Shown: positions 50,467 to 59,670 of the stretch, piece by piece
Layout: each line of letters begins with the position of its first letter
Numbering within the stretch: position 1 is the first letter of the stretch
Assembly (NCBI GenBank): GCA_022394755.1
Contig: JAGFCA010000015.1
Coordinates: 44,693 to 108,692, forward strand
Reading direction: 5' to 3'
DNA: 64,000 nucleotides
DNA from: Candidatus Poribacteria bacterium
GTDB taxonomy: Bacteria > Poribacteria > WGA-4E > WGA-3G
Notes under the pieces: model-generated
The model's database searches: none
What the model saw: the letters and a program-made list of their open reading frames with translations, nothing else
What the model was told of the DNA's origin: nothing
Position numbers and translations under genes: made by a program

Positions 50467-51303
50467 TTATTCTTCACGAGAAATAAAGATTTCGTCGGAG
50501 TCAGAGACATTGAGTTCATCTATGTCTCTTACGGCGTCTATGTGTTGTGCGGTGACCGTGACCTCCGCTTGAACAACGTAATCGAACCCACCAATTAGCG
50601 AGCTTCCATCATAGGAGTCGGGATCAGGACTGTAATTCTTCCTACCAGGTGTACTGTCGTTTTCTGCGTTAAGCCTTCCATTTCTGATGAGTATCCCAGG
50701 CTGGTTCCATATTTTCTCTCCCCAATTGTTGTTAGGGGTTATGCGGACAACCGAATAAAACATATTAAAACCATAATCGATTTCATTTGTACTGTAGCTT
50801 GTGATGCTTGCCGATCCACTGACTTCTGCAGTGCGACCGTTCCATCCGACATCTACTGATGCAGACATTTGCGCCATGGTCGTACTTCCCGTCTTTTCGC
50901 CCGTTACTGGGGAGCTGTAGACGGTCAGATCGGAGGAATCACTTGTAGTGATTTCGATAGGCAACTTCGTCAGCGGATTGAATACCCAACGAACAGCTAC
51001 GGCTTTTATCGTATAGTTTTTCCCGAACGGACTGCCAGTGAGATAACCAATGTTTTCACAAACCGATCTTGTCCCAGGACCATGTTCACTGGCATGGACC
51101 GGTTCCCAACCAACCCTTTGTTAGATATACCAGAAAACAAAATCAATATCTTCATCTGCTGTCAAATTTACATAGCAGCCAGAGGCGCCGTTCTCAACAG
51201 ACATAGACGTGATTTCAAAGCTATGACTACTCTTGACCATCCCGATCAATGATAAATAACAAAGCATCGCCACGGTGATACCTATTAACTTTAATCTGAT
51301 CAT
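50467..51303 (-). pseudogene. Secreted hypothetical protein interrupted by one in-frame TAA
   Basis: ATG 51303 with RBS ggagga. The TAA at 51121..51123 is followed by 52 open codons in frame with ORF 50467..50964. Confidence 0.75.
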
Positions 51304-51601
51304 TATTTCCTCCAAAATAAGACTATCATGCTTGGATAGCATATGGTTTAGTTGTGCAATAGCAATATAATGAGAAGGACTATGTAATGTTGTCTAATCT
51401 TGTGCCTTCTATTATATTCTGGTTTATTATTTATAGAGTGTTAACTAAATAATGGTACATGGATTCGCAAAATCAAATTTGTCAATGATCCAAATCAATC
51501 AAAGTATAACACATGAAAAAAAATCAAACTTTTTCTTGAATATTTTAGACAGATAGTATTATCCTCATTAGTAACATAATCATTTGCTATACAGGAATAC
51601 A

Positions 51602-52060
51602 ATGTACTGTCCAAGATGTCAAGCAACTCAATACATCAAATATGGTTTGGTTAATAACAGGCAATGCTATAAATGTAAGAACTGTCAATACCAATGGACA
51701 CGCACAACACCCCGGGGACATCCACCCGAACACAAGAAACTCACTGTCTTGTTATATTGCCACGGGCTTTCAATGAACGCTATTTCAAAACTTTTTCAAG
51801 TCTCTACAACTGCTGTGCTGAAATGGATTAGAAACTTTGCGAAAAAGCAGGCACCGAAACCGATGCTTTCATCCGGCACGCCTGTTGTTTTGGAACTTGA
51901 TGAGATGTGGCATTATATCAAAAACAAGAAAAATAAGCTTTGGATATGGAAAGCACTTGATAGAAACACCGGACACCTCATTGACTGGGAATGTGGTGGA
52001 CGCAACAAAGAAACACTTGAGAAACTCACAACACACCTTAATGAGGGAATAGTTTCGTAA
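51602..52060 (+). mobile_element. Truncated IS1-family transposase (fused InsA-InsB)
   Basis: MYCPRC...YKCKNC zinc ribbon, HTH, ELDEMWHYIKNKKNKLWIW; C-terminal half of the DDE domain is missing. Confidence 0.85.
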
Positions 52061-52200
52061 ACTCTTCTAATGTATAGCCAGTAAGGGACAGAAACGCATC
52101 AGGTCTGTCCTTGAGATCTTGATAATTGGTCATAAGTCGACCTCCTATCATAAGATAATAATCAGTATAACAGAGGTTAACAGAATTTAAAACTAAATCA
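52038..52200 (-). mobile_element. 5' remnant of an IS5-like (DDE_Tnp_4-type) transposase
   Basis: RBS aggagg and ATG 52133: MTNYQDLKDRPDAFLSLTGYTLEEF, resembling the N-terminus of that family; stops after 31 codons. Confidence 0.55.
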
Positions 52201-52207
52201 TTATAAT

Positions 52208-53667
52208 CAATACCTTCGCCAAAAACACTTGAATAAAAAGGGTATTTGTCTTAATGTTTTAAAGTTTACCCTAACTTTATAAAGAGACAAACACCCATGC
52301 CAGAAATTATAGCACTGTTTACTATACTTAATCCATGTTTATCTACGACTTCAATCCTTCATTTATGTCAAGTAGTATTTGCACTTCTTGCAATGACAGG
52401 TCGAGTCACAATGCTAAATATTTCCCGTTGGACTTCAAAAGGAGGGAGTTATCGTACCATACAACGCTTCTATAACACAGTTCTACCATGGTCTATGATG
52501 TGTTGGTTGTTTTTCAAAAACTATCTGTTTGACCCTGAAAGTGACTATCTCCTTGTCGCAGACGAAGTCGTCGTGTCAAAATCGGGACAAGAGACATATG
52601 GTTTAGATCGATATTTTTCTTCATTGTATGGAAAAGCGATTCCTGGATTGTCATTTTTAGCGGTGTCCTTAGTGAGTGTAAAAGATAGGCGTTCTTACCC
52701 GATGCTGATGGAGCAAATCGTGCGTAGCAACAAATCAACCAATCCAGATGTATCTGCAACCGAACAGTCTGATAATAAACTGACAGCCAAAACAAAACGA
52801 GGGCGCGGTCGTCCTAAAGGGAGTCGGAACCGAAACAAAAAGGATGTTACGCTCAGTGATACTTTGAAACAACTTCAAACAATGGTCAAAACAGTGATGC
52901 GACAGATAAACAATCATATCAAACCTGGATATTTTGTGCTTGATGGGTATTTCGGACACAATAATGCACAACAAATGGTAAGTCAATGTGATCTACAACT
53001 GATTTCAAAACTACGCTCAGATGCAGCACTCTATTATCCGCCATCAACACCCTATAATGGTCGTGGACGACCCGCCATCTACGGAGATCGTTTCAATTCA
53101 CAACAAAGTGATAAAAAATGGTGTGTCTCTGTTGAAACAACCGATAGTGTCAAGGCCGAAGTATATCAAGTACAGTTACGACATAAGCAGTTTGCAGACA
53201 CTCTCAATGTTGTTTGTATTCTCAAAACGAATAGGGTGACACAACAAAAATCACACGTTTTATTATTTAGTTCTGACTTAGAACTGAGTGCTGAAAAGAT
53301 GATTGATTATTACTCCCTTCGTTTTCAAATAGAGTTTAATTTTAGAGACGCAAAACAATATTGGGGATTGGAAGATTTTATGAATGTGAATAAAACACCT
53401 GTAAACAATGCATCGAACTTATCCTTGTTTATGGTAAATGTAAGTGCTAAGTTATCAGACACATTTCAATCTAAGAAAACGGAGAGTAGCGTATTAGATT
53501 TGAAGGCACACTTCCGAGGTTTGAAATATTTAGATGAAACATTAAAAATACTTCCGCAAAAACCTGAACCTATTGTTATTGAGCAAATCACGCAGCACCT
53601 TGGTTCTATTGGGGCTATTCATCACACGCAACCAGAACTAAATCCAGGATAATTGGCGAAGGTATTG
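52208..53667 (+). mobile_element. Complete IS4-like insertion sequence (1460 bp)
   Basis: Perfect 15-bp TIRs CAATACCTTCGCCAA / TTGGCGAAGGTATTG; 7-bp TSD TTATAAT (52201..52207 and 53668..53674). Confidence 0.92.
52297..53652 (+). CDS. DDE transposase, IS4-like
   Basis: LVADE, VLDGYF, and YREK motif YSLRFQIEFNFRDAK. Confidence 0.92.
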   Translation: MPEIIALFTILNPCLSTTSILHLCQVVFALLAMTGRVTMLNISRWTSKGGSYRTIQRFYNTVLPWSMMCWLFFKNYLFDPESDYLLVADEVVVSKSGQETYGLDRYFSSLYGKAIPGLSFLAVSLVSVKDRRSYPMLMEQIVRSNKSTNPDVSATEQSDNKLTAKTKRGRGRPKGSRNRNKKDVTLSDTLKQLQTMVKTVMRQINNHIKPGYFVLDGYFGHNNAQQMVSQCDLQLISKLRSDAALYYPPSTPYNGRGRPAIYGDRFNSQQSDKKWCVSVETTDSVKAEVYQVQLRHKQFADTLNVVCILKTNRVTQQKSHVLLFSSDLELSAEKMIDYYSLRFQIEFNFRDAKQYWGLEDFMNVNKTPVNNASNLSLFMVNVSAKLSDTFQSKKTESSVLDLKAHFRGLKYLDETLKILPQKPEPIVIEQITQHLGSIGAIHHTQPELNPG

Positions 53668-53693
53668 TTATAATGTCTATTAATTAAAATTTC

Positions 53694-55625
53694 TCATATC
53701 CAACTATATACAGCGGAACGTAATATCAAACTCAATAAGGGCCAAAAACAACCCATCAACGCTTCACCCAATACCAATCCAATGAAAAATGGAATAGCTC
53801 TACGATAAGCGTTTATACCTCCATTCCGTAATATAATCCACTTCGTTACCATAGCAATCAAGAGTGGAAACCAAATAACATCTGTTGTACCCGGAGCGAC
53901 TCCAATCACATATCCTGCTGGATGCAACGGACACCACACAAAACGAGACCGTAAAAACATTATTCCCAAATTGGCAAAGAACGCAATTCCAAGAACACTA
54001 CTCGCTAACCAATCCATCGGTTTCGGATTGACTAACCATGATGAAAGAAAATTATATGTATCTGCACCACCTGCATGGATCTGTTCAGATCCCGCAGCAA
54101 CCCCCTCACTATATATCGCATACGGATAAAGTATCAGACTTGATAATATACCAACAAGGCTGGCTATCACCAGAACTATAAACATAGTTCTGTTACGTAT
54201 GTTTGTCCTTTCTGCAAGTTTAAACGCCTCAAGTTGATCCGGCATTGGATGTGTACGGAATGAAGCATAACTTGCACCACTCAACCAATTCATCAAAGAT
54301 AGCATTGTCAAATTACCTGCACGCAATCGTCTTGTTCCAAGAAGCGAAATCATCATGTATTGCGGTGTTAAATAACCAATTGCATGTATCGGAGGACCCA
54401 GTTCCGCACGCATACGTGTTAAACCGACTACAATCAACAAATATATCCCAATAAATACAACAAATGCCCACAACGACATCCCGCCTCTTACACAGAATAT
54501 AGCAAGTAATAATAACGATAACGCTAAGACTATCAGAGTTGTGCGATGCGATAATGCTTCATTCTGATTTTCTAACGGTTTCGGTCGAATCGCTTGGGAT
54601 ATTACCAATTTAAAATGCTTTCTACCGTTCCAACAGGCAATCGCAAGTAATGCAAGTAATGCACCTGCCCCCTGTTCGCCTAAAAATGGGTATCCCTGCA
54701 CCTTAGATACCCCAGAAGCACTACCAAAAAGCAATTGCACCTTCTTCATGATATAGAAGAATGTACAAGAAAATGCTAAATCAAGCGGTAAAATAAATGA
54801 GAAGCCAATTAAATAAGGATGAACTCGTAACGGTGTACTTCCAATTGCACTCCACGGTTTCTGAGTAAAGTACATGTTGAGATCGTATTTTCTGACAGGA
54901 ATTTCTGGTAATATAGGATAGAAATATTGCAATCCATTAAGCAGATTGATCCCTGCAGCTATACCGAAACCTATCCATAATAACTTACTTCTAAATATAC
55001 CTCGGTTCGTGGTGATTTCTAAGGGTATCTGTATAATTGGATAAGCAAGTTTCTCATTCTCTATCCACTGCTTCCTTATCAAAGATGTCAAACATAAGAA
55101 AATTAACATCAGTAAGAATATTACCGCTGACCAAGAAAGAATGGGAACAATCCAATAACTAAAGTATCCACCTGTGAAGAAATTTACATTTCCTTCGTAA
55201 AAATCATTGACTGTTTTTGGATCTTTTACGACAAGCCATTCAGGTAAATGATGAAATAATAATGCCTCCCAATCATTCTCTGGTGTAGCAAAACGATAAG
55301 CATAAGGTATCAATCCCATCAATCGAGGCATACAGTCATGCCCTGAAAAAGCACTACCCACTGCCAGCATACTATAAACTACAATTAGATCACGTTGTGT
55401 CAGTGAAACCTGAGGAGAAATCTTCCGTAACCAGAGATTAATCACTGTTATCATAAATATACCAAACATCACATTAACAGACATAGCAACTGTCGTTAAA
55501 TGGGCTGTATGCCATATCATCTCTACATAAGCAATCCAATAACTATTAGCGATAATAAGGAGTGTACCAATCAATACTGCCCTTTTGGTAATAGGGCTTG
55601 TTGATTGTAAGTGTGTTTGGTTCAT
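53694..55625 (-). CDS. Large polytopic membrane protein (DUF6785/DUF6784, OPT-like)
   Basis: RKQWIENEKLAYPI, RMRAELGPP, WCPLHPAGY, RNGGINAYR..PFFIGLVLGE. Confidence 0.75.
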   Translation of the reverse strand: MNQTHLQSTSPITKRAVLIGTLLIIANSYWIAYVEMIWHTAHLTTVAMSVNVMFGIFMITVINLWLRKISPQVSLTQRDLIVVYSMLAVGSAFSGHDCMPRLMGLIPYAYRFATPENDWEALLFHHLPEWLVVKDPKTVNDFYEGNVNFFTGGYFSYWIVPILSWSAVIFLLMLIFLCLTSLIRKQWIENEKLAYPIIQIPLEITTNRGIFRSKLLWIGFGIAAGINLLNGLQYFYPILPEIPVRKYDLNMYFTQKPWSAIGSTPLRVHPYLIGFSFILPLDLAFSCTFFYIMKKVQLLFGSASGVSKVQGYPFLGEQGAGALLALLAIACWNGRKHFKLVISQAIRPKPLENQNEALSHRTTLIVLALSLLLLAIFCVRGGMSLWAFVVFIGIYLLIVVGLTRMRAELGPPIHAIGYLTPQYMMISLLGTRRLRAGNLTMLSLMNWLSGASYASFRTHPMPDQLEAFKLAERTNIRNRTMFIVLVIASLVGILSSLILYPYAIYSEGVAAGSEQIHAGGADTYNFLSSWLVNPKPMDWLASSVLGIAFFANLGIMFLRSRFVWCPLHPAGYVIGVAPGTTDVIWFPLLIAMVTKWIILRNGGINAYRRAIPFFIGLVLGEALMGCFWPLLSLILRSAVYSWI

Positions 55626-55884
55626 TTTTATTGGAAGGTAAAGGTTAATAATCTGAAAATAGACTTCTGAAATTACTGAAGGTATTGCGAATTATTTGGA
55701 AAGATTCTCATAGGTATGGTATACTATAAAATACAAGTCTGTCAAGATGAAAAGATAGGAATACCCGTTAAATCCTAATGGTTAAAGCCATAGAATTCAG
55801 ATTCAATTCTGATACGGTTTTAACCTTTACGGCAATTAGAGACCACAAATAATCTTGACATTTTTTAACATTTGTTAAGAATTA

Positions 55885-56103
55885 CTATAGTTTGGACAAT
55901 TTATGAGAGGTCTCCATCAATATTCGAAGTGTTTCTGGCTTTTTCAACACGTTTCTCACACCAATCCAACTTTGAGAAAATATTTTCAGATGATCCTAAG
56001 GAAGCCCCAACGGGGCGAAATGTTTGTAGAAACAGCATATTTGCACATAGAATAAGTCCCTGCGGGGCGAAATGTGTATTGCATAAAACTGTCCAAACTA
56101 TTG
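55885..56103. mobile_element. 219-bp MITE with 9-bp TSD carrying a hairpin doublet
   Basis: TIRs CTATAGTTTGGACAATTTATG / CATAAAACTGTCCAAACTATTG; TSD TAAGAATTA at 55876..55884 and 56104..56112. Confidence 0.85.
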
Positions 56104-56579
56104 TAAGAATTATGACTTATGATTATTCAATTAATGAAGGTGCGTCAACTTCAGAGTTTGTAATACGCTTACTTTGGGTTTCAGAAGTTCTACTGTTGGA
56201 TAGTCCAAACTAAATTAGTTGCAATCTAATTAGTAATTGAACGTTATATATTAATTAAGGTAAATTCGAATAAAGAAGTCATAGGTACCCCTGTGTGACA
56301 AATACCTCATAACTCTATTGAAGAAATTTGTTCGTATGGTCTACTTTACAGAAGAAATTATCTATAGATTTAACGTGGACTTTCCATTATTCTAATGAAT
56401 AAAAGTGTAGAGATTTATCTCATGCTAAGATCAATCCAATTACCCTATTAAAAATAGTATTATGGATAAACTCAACTATTTTAACTTACACAATTTGAAC
56501 TAATTTCTAATATATACAACCTAATAATATTGTGTAAGTCTTACTTTGATTATGACACCAGTATAGAGGAGCTATTTAT

Positions 56580-57683
56580 ATGGAACTATCTTTTGAAAAA
56601 GATGAACTGTTATTTTCTTTACAAATTGTACAAGGTGTAGCAAGTGAACGTAATACATTACCTATTCTACAAAATGTACTCATTCGCGCTGAAAACGGAA
56701 AAATCGAGTTTTCGGCTACTGACTTAGAGGTCGGCATAAGAGTTGTTGTAATAGGTACTATTAAGGAAGAGGGATCAATCACAGTATCAGCAAAGAAATT
56801 CACTGATTTAGTCAGAGAGTTACCCAGCAAACCAATTGAACTGGCTACAACTGCAAACGATCGTGTTGAGTTAACCTGTGGAGAAGGGGTCTATAAAATG
56901 ATTGGTATTTCAGATGAAGACTTCCCAGAAATACCTACTGTTGAAGGAGAATCTATAGTCATAGACGGAAGTATATTAAACTCTGTTATTCACAAAACTG
57001 AATTTGCTGCATCCAGAGATGAGGTGCGTTACCTACTCAACAGCCTATATTTTAATATCCTTGAGGATAAAACTGAAATTGTTGCCACTGATGGTACAAA
57101 GCAACTCGCACTCACACATTGTGATCCTCTAAACACTTCTGATGAAACAAGCGGTTTTATTGTTCCATTGAAAGCAGTACGAGAGATTGAACGTACATTT
57201 GCTGAATCTGCAGAGGTTAAAATCGCTTTGGCAAAAAACCAACTTCTACTGGCTAATGACAATACCACACTCACAACACGGTTAGTTGAAGGTGAATATG
57301 CTAATTACCAAGGTGTAATTCCAGAATCATCCGAAGGTCGCGCAGTTGTCACAAAAGAGTTGTTATTACGTGCGACAAGACGGGTGGCTTTGCTCTCAAA
57401 CCCAAAAAACTTCCTGATTTGCTTAGAAATTGATCCTGAACGCATCACAGTCTCGGCAAACTCACCAGAACTCGGGGAAGCACGAGAAACTGTCGAAGTA
57501 GAATCAAGCACTGGAAGTGTTCGGATCGGTGTTGATGCACGTGTTCTCACAGATGTCATTTCACACATCGAAACTGATTCTCTTATCATTGAGTTTTCTG
57601 GGGAATTTACACAATTTGCAGTGAAACCTCAGAGCGACGAATCACACACCTGTATCATCATGCCGATGCGGTTAGAATCATAA
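56580..57683 (+). CDS. dnaN: DNA polymerase III beta sliding clamp (orphan, divergent)
   Basis: TLPILQNVLI, ATDLE, DFPEIP, RLVEGEY, C-terminal IIMPMRL. Confidence 0.92.
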   Translation: MELSFEKDELLFSLQIVQGVASERNTLPILQNVLIRAENGKIEFSATDLEVGIRVVVIGTIKEEGSITVSAKKFTDLVRELPSKPIELATTANDRVELTCGEGVYKMIGISDEDFPEIPTVEGESIVIDGSILNSVIHKTEFAASRDEVRYLLNSLYFNILEDKTEIVATDGTKQLALTHCDPLNTSDETSGFIVPLKAVREIERTFAESAEVKIALAKNQLLLANDNTTLTTRLVEGEYANYQGVIPESSEGRAVVTKELLLRATRRVALLSNPKNFLICLEIDPERITVSANSPELGEARETVEVESSTGSVRIGVDARVLTDVISHIETDSLIIEFSGEFTQFAVKPQSDESHTCIIMPMRLES

Positions 57684-57826
57684 GTATCTGATAATAGGAT
57701 ACAATTGAATTAACCCTATGGACTACTTATACGGTAGACCATAGGGTCGATTTTGTTTACACCGAAACTTATAGGCTAATTCGGCATTGATTCTAAGGTC
57801 GCTTCTAACGAACTCACCATAATTAT

Positions 57827-58180
57827 CAGGACTTACGCAATTTTTACAAAGAAAGGAACACTTATAGGACTTACGCAGGTCCTCTATGTCTGTAGCCCCG
57901 GGGAATGCCCAACGCATTCATACCCGGGGAACTCCTAAATGGGGTTCATACCGTTGATTCCTGATTCGCGGGGCGAAAGGTGTGTAGAAAGTGGTGCAGC
58001 CCCTATTCCTTAGCCCGGGGAATGCCCAACGGCATTCATACCGTTGATTCGCGGGGCGAAAGGTGTATTTATATGGATTTTAACATGGCTTTTCTACTGA
58101 CAGCAAAATTGTGGTGTATTAGTAAAAATAACAATTTCTTGCTAATCTGACTGATAATTCAGTGTTTTGCGTAAGTCCTA
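57827..58180. mobile_element. 354-bp MITE-like element with nested repeats
   Basis: TIRs CAGGACTTACGCAA / TTGCGTAAGTCCTA; flanking ATTAT duplicated (57822..57826 and 58181..58185); extra internal end at 57865. Confidence 0.75.
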
Positions 58181-58195
58181 ATTATAATGTCAAGA

Positions 58196-59638
58196 TTATT
58201 TATCTTTATCTACTGACTTCGATTTTATATCCGATAATAACCCATCTTTCTCAATAATTGCCATCTCCGTCATCTTCACAAGAACACTTTCAGGATGAAC
58301 AGCATACCACTTTCCGTCTACAAAGGTTATAATTGCGTATTCTCTTTCATTTTTATCAAGAGTTTCAGAAAAGTAATCAGCAGGCAACCAGTTTTCATAA
58401 GTGATAGGTTCATCATTGTCCCATTTCCATTTATCACTGTTTTTGGCAGAACTTAACCCTATCCAGTAAAATGTATGGCCAAATACCGCTCCTAACCACT
58501 CCTGCTCCTTGGGATCGTTAATTGTTACAAGATATGCATTTTCATCACTGGCTTGAGCAATAGCCTCTTCTCGAGTTCTACAGAATATCCTTTTATATGC
58601 ATGGCCATTCGCTGGATTTACTATCCATACCTCATTTGACGTTGGAAGTGGAGGCTTTTCTGGAGTAGAAGATGGTTGAATTTCATCCGTTTTCTTTTTC
58701 ATCTTCGGAGGTAGTGGTTTAGGAGGAATTGGTTCACTATCAAAAGTAAATGTCAAACCATCAATCTGTTGGTCAGGTTCAAGATGTATCTGTTGAGGAG
58801 GTGTAACTAATCCCTGATACTCTAATGACATTGTGTAAATTGCAGTCTTATCCATATTACGGAGATATTGTACAAAATTACCTTTGTCATCAATCCAAAC
58901 GCCAGTTCCTCCTCCTCCGCTCCCACTACCACTATTACCTTTATGATCATCATAACGGAATTTAAGGGAAATCCGAATACGTGTATTTGAGAGTGGTGTA
59001 CCATCTTTAAAGATAACACGACCACGTATCCGCATGCGAGGTTTAACAATTACCTCAACGTTCTTGATATGTATATCAGGATCAATACCAAAAACAATTT
59101 CATCAAAAAAATCACTCCGCGGATAAAAATTTATATCATTTATACGTAGTGATACAACTTTAGCATCAGGTTCAAAATCGTTCTCATGAAAACCAAAATT
59201 AGTACGAGTAAAACCAGAAATATAGTTTGGATTGAATCCTTTGTCATCCCATGTCAAATAATCTTTAAGAAAATCATCATAATTATCTGGTAGACGTTTG
59301 TCAATATTTTCAGATAAGATCCCAAAATAATGTGGTCCTTGTGTAATGCCTGTTATAGAAAAACTTCCATCTGCTTTTGTCTGAGTCCGATTTAATGCAA
59401 AATAGCCATAAGGAAGATTGGGCCGAATTGTTATTCCTTTATGAATTATAAGTGGTGCGATAAAAACGGGTAATTCAGCCATGGGATTACCTTCTGTATC
59501 AATAACCCGACCCGATACAGCCCCCGAACCTTCCTGACAAATACCATGTACTGTGAATATACTGAAAAGTGTCTGTATTGTTAGCAGCATTACAATTGTC
59601 TTTTTTCTAAAATACTTTCTTATCATTATTTTCTCCAT
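58196..59638 (-). CDS. Secreted protein with two carboxypeptidase-regulatory-like domains and a C-type lectin domain
   Basis: Signal peptide; SGRVIDTEGNP and RGRVIFKDGTPL; NGHAYK...YLVTIND.KEQEWL...YWIGLS...WKWDN..PITYENW. Confidence 0.85.
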   Translation of the reverse strand: MEKIMIRKYFRKKTIVMLLTIQTLFSIFTVHGICQEGSGAVSGRVIDTEGNPMAELPVFIAPLIIHKGITIRPNLPYGYFALNRTQTKADGSFSITGITQGPHYFGILSENIDKRLPDNYDDFLKDYLTWDDKGFNPNYISGFTRTNFGFHENDFEPDAKVVSLRINDINFYPRSDFFDEIVFGIDPDIHIKNVEVIVKPRMRIRGRVIFKDGTPLSNTRIRISLKFRYDDHKGNSGSGSGGGGTGVWIDDKGNFVQYLRNMDKTAIYTMSLEYQGLVTPPQQIHLEPDQQIDGLTFTFDSEPIPPKPLPPKMKKKTDEIQPSSTPEKPPLPTSNEVWIVNPANGHAYKRIFCRTREEAIAQASDENAYLVTINDPKEQEWLGAVFGHTFYWIGLSSAKNSDKWKWDNDEPITYENWLPADYFSETLDKNEREYAIITFVDGKWYAVHPESVLVKMTEMAIIEKDGLLSDIKSKSVDKDK

Positions 59639-59670
59639 ATTAACAATGCGTCCATTTTCTAATGTAGAAA

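Noticed and set aside
55872-56213. ORFs within repeat mosaics (also 3358..3690, 43860..44051, 47921..48208, 57723..57917, 62640..63203)
   Set aside because: They coincide with MITE/hairpin repeats or AT-rich spacers and lack protein-like features.
56110-56579. oriC upstream of dnaN
   Set aside because: AT-rich, but only one or two imperfect DnaA-box-like 9-mers and no dnaA gene.
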